A stretch of 64,000 nucleotides of DNA, taken from NCBI GenBank assembly GCA_002269645.1, contig NIVC01001670.1, positions 124,001-188,000 on the forward strand, read 5' to 3'. The notes beneath the pieces were generated by a model. That model had not been told where the DNA came from, ran no database searches, and saw only the letters and a list, made by a program, of their open reading frames with translations. The stretch comes from Macrostomum lignano. Its lineage: Eukaryota. A program made the position numbers and the translations under genes. Shown here piece after piece: positions 63,143-64,000 of the stretch (position 1 is the first letter of the stretch; every line of letters begins with the position of its first letter).

Positions 63143-64000
63143 GCCCCTGGCATTAGTTAGTCTAGTGGTCTAGTGGGGGCTGGCCGCCCCCACGCCCCTG
63201 GCATTAGTTAGTCTAGTGGTATAGTGGGGGGCTGGCCGCCCCCACGCCCCTGGCATTAGTTAGTCTAGTGGTATAGTGGGGGCTCGCCGCCCCCACGCCC
63301 CTGGCATTAGTTAGTCTAGTGGTATAGTGGGGGCTGGCCGCCCCCCACGCCCCTGGCATTAGTTAGTCTAGTGGTATAGTGGGGGGCTGGCCGCCCCCAC
63401 GCCCCTGGCATTAGTTAGTCTAGTGGTATAGTGGGGGGCTGGCCGCCCCCCACGCCCCTGGCATTAGTTAGTCTAGTGGTATAGTGGGGGGCTGGCCGCC
63501 CCCACGCCCCTGGCATTAGTTAGTCTAGTGGTATAGTGGGGGGCTGGCCGCCCCCACGCTCCTGGCATTAGTTAGTCTAGTGGTATAGTGGGGGGCTGGC
63601 CGCCCCCACGCCCCTGGCATTAGTTAGTCTAGTGGTATAGTGGGGGCTGGCCGCCCCCACGCCCCTGGCATTAGTTAGTCTAGTGGTATAGTGGGGGGCT
63701 GGCCGCCCCCCACGCCCCTGGCATTAGTTAGTCTAGTGGTATAGTGGGGGCTAGCCGCCCCCCACGCCCCTGGCATTAGTTCTTCTAGTGGTACGCTCGT
63801 ATAGTGGGGGGGGGCTTGCCGCCCCCCACGCCCCTGGCATTAGTTAGTCTAGTGGTATAGTGGGGGGCTGGCCGCCCCCCACGCCCCTGGCATTAGTTAG
63901 TCTAGTGGTGTAGTGGGGGCTGGCCGCCCCCCACGCCCCTGGCATTAGTTAGTCTAGTGGTATAGTGGGGGGCTGGCCGCCCCCACGCCCCTGGCATTAG
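63143..64000. repeat. 52-53-bp hairpin-containing minisatellite, running off the right edge
   Basis: Unit gcccctggcattagttagtctagtggtatagtggggg(g)ctggccgccccc(c)ac; each copy has an 8-bp GC stem. Confidence 0.96.

Overview
Eukaryotic (animal) genomic DNA. Very GC-rich exons with Gly/Ala/Gln runs, GT-AG introns and about 33 unrelated mini/microsatellite arrays (my hand estimate is about 21 kb, a third of the window) resemble the flatworm Macrostomum. That taxon call is pattern recognition, not a database result. Six genes were built by hand with phase-consistent splice junctions: (1) a kinesin-11/KIF26-like gene (-), running off the left edge; (2) a secreted protein with 16 CxxC repeats plus a C-terminal galactose-binding-like domain (+), carrying a 1-nt frameshift; (3) a complete signal peptide-FN3-TM FNDC4/5 (irisin)-like gene (-); (4) a class A peptide-type GPCR (+) with non-canonical DRY, D2.50 and NPxxY motifs, whose stop codon lies inside a 28 x 32-bp array; (5) a divergent PDHX/E3BP (-); (6) an MLX bHLH-ZIP (-). 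Between PDHX and MLX is an AT-rich, four-level nest of DNA transposons in which every TIR and target-site duplication can be read: mariner > Charlie-type hAT > unclassified CC..GG element > long-TIR foldback, plus a separate MITE. Removing the guests restores a 1290-bp mariner. Most long ORFs in the supplied track are artefacts of tandem repeats. No CRISPR array, rRNA or intact tRNA was seen.
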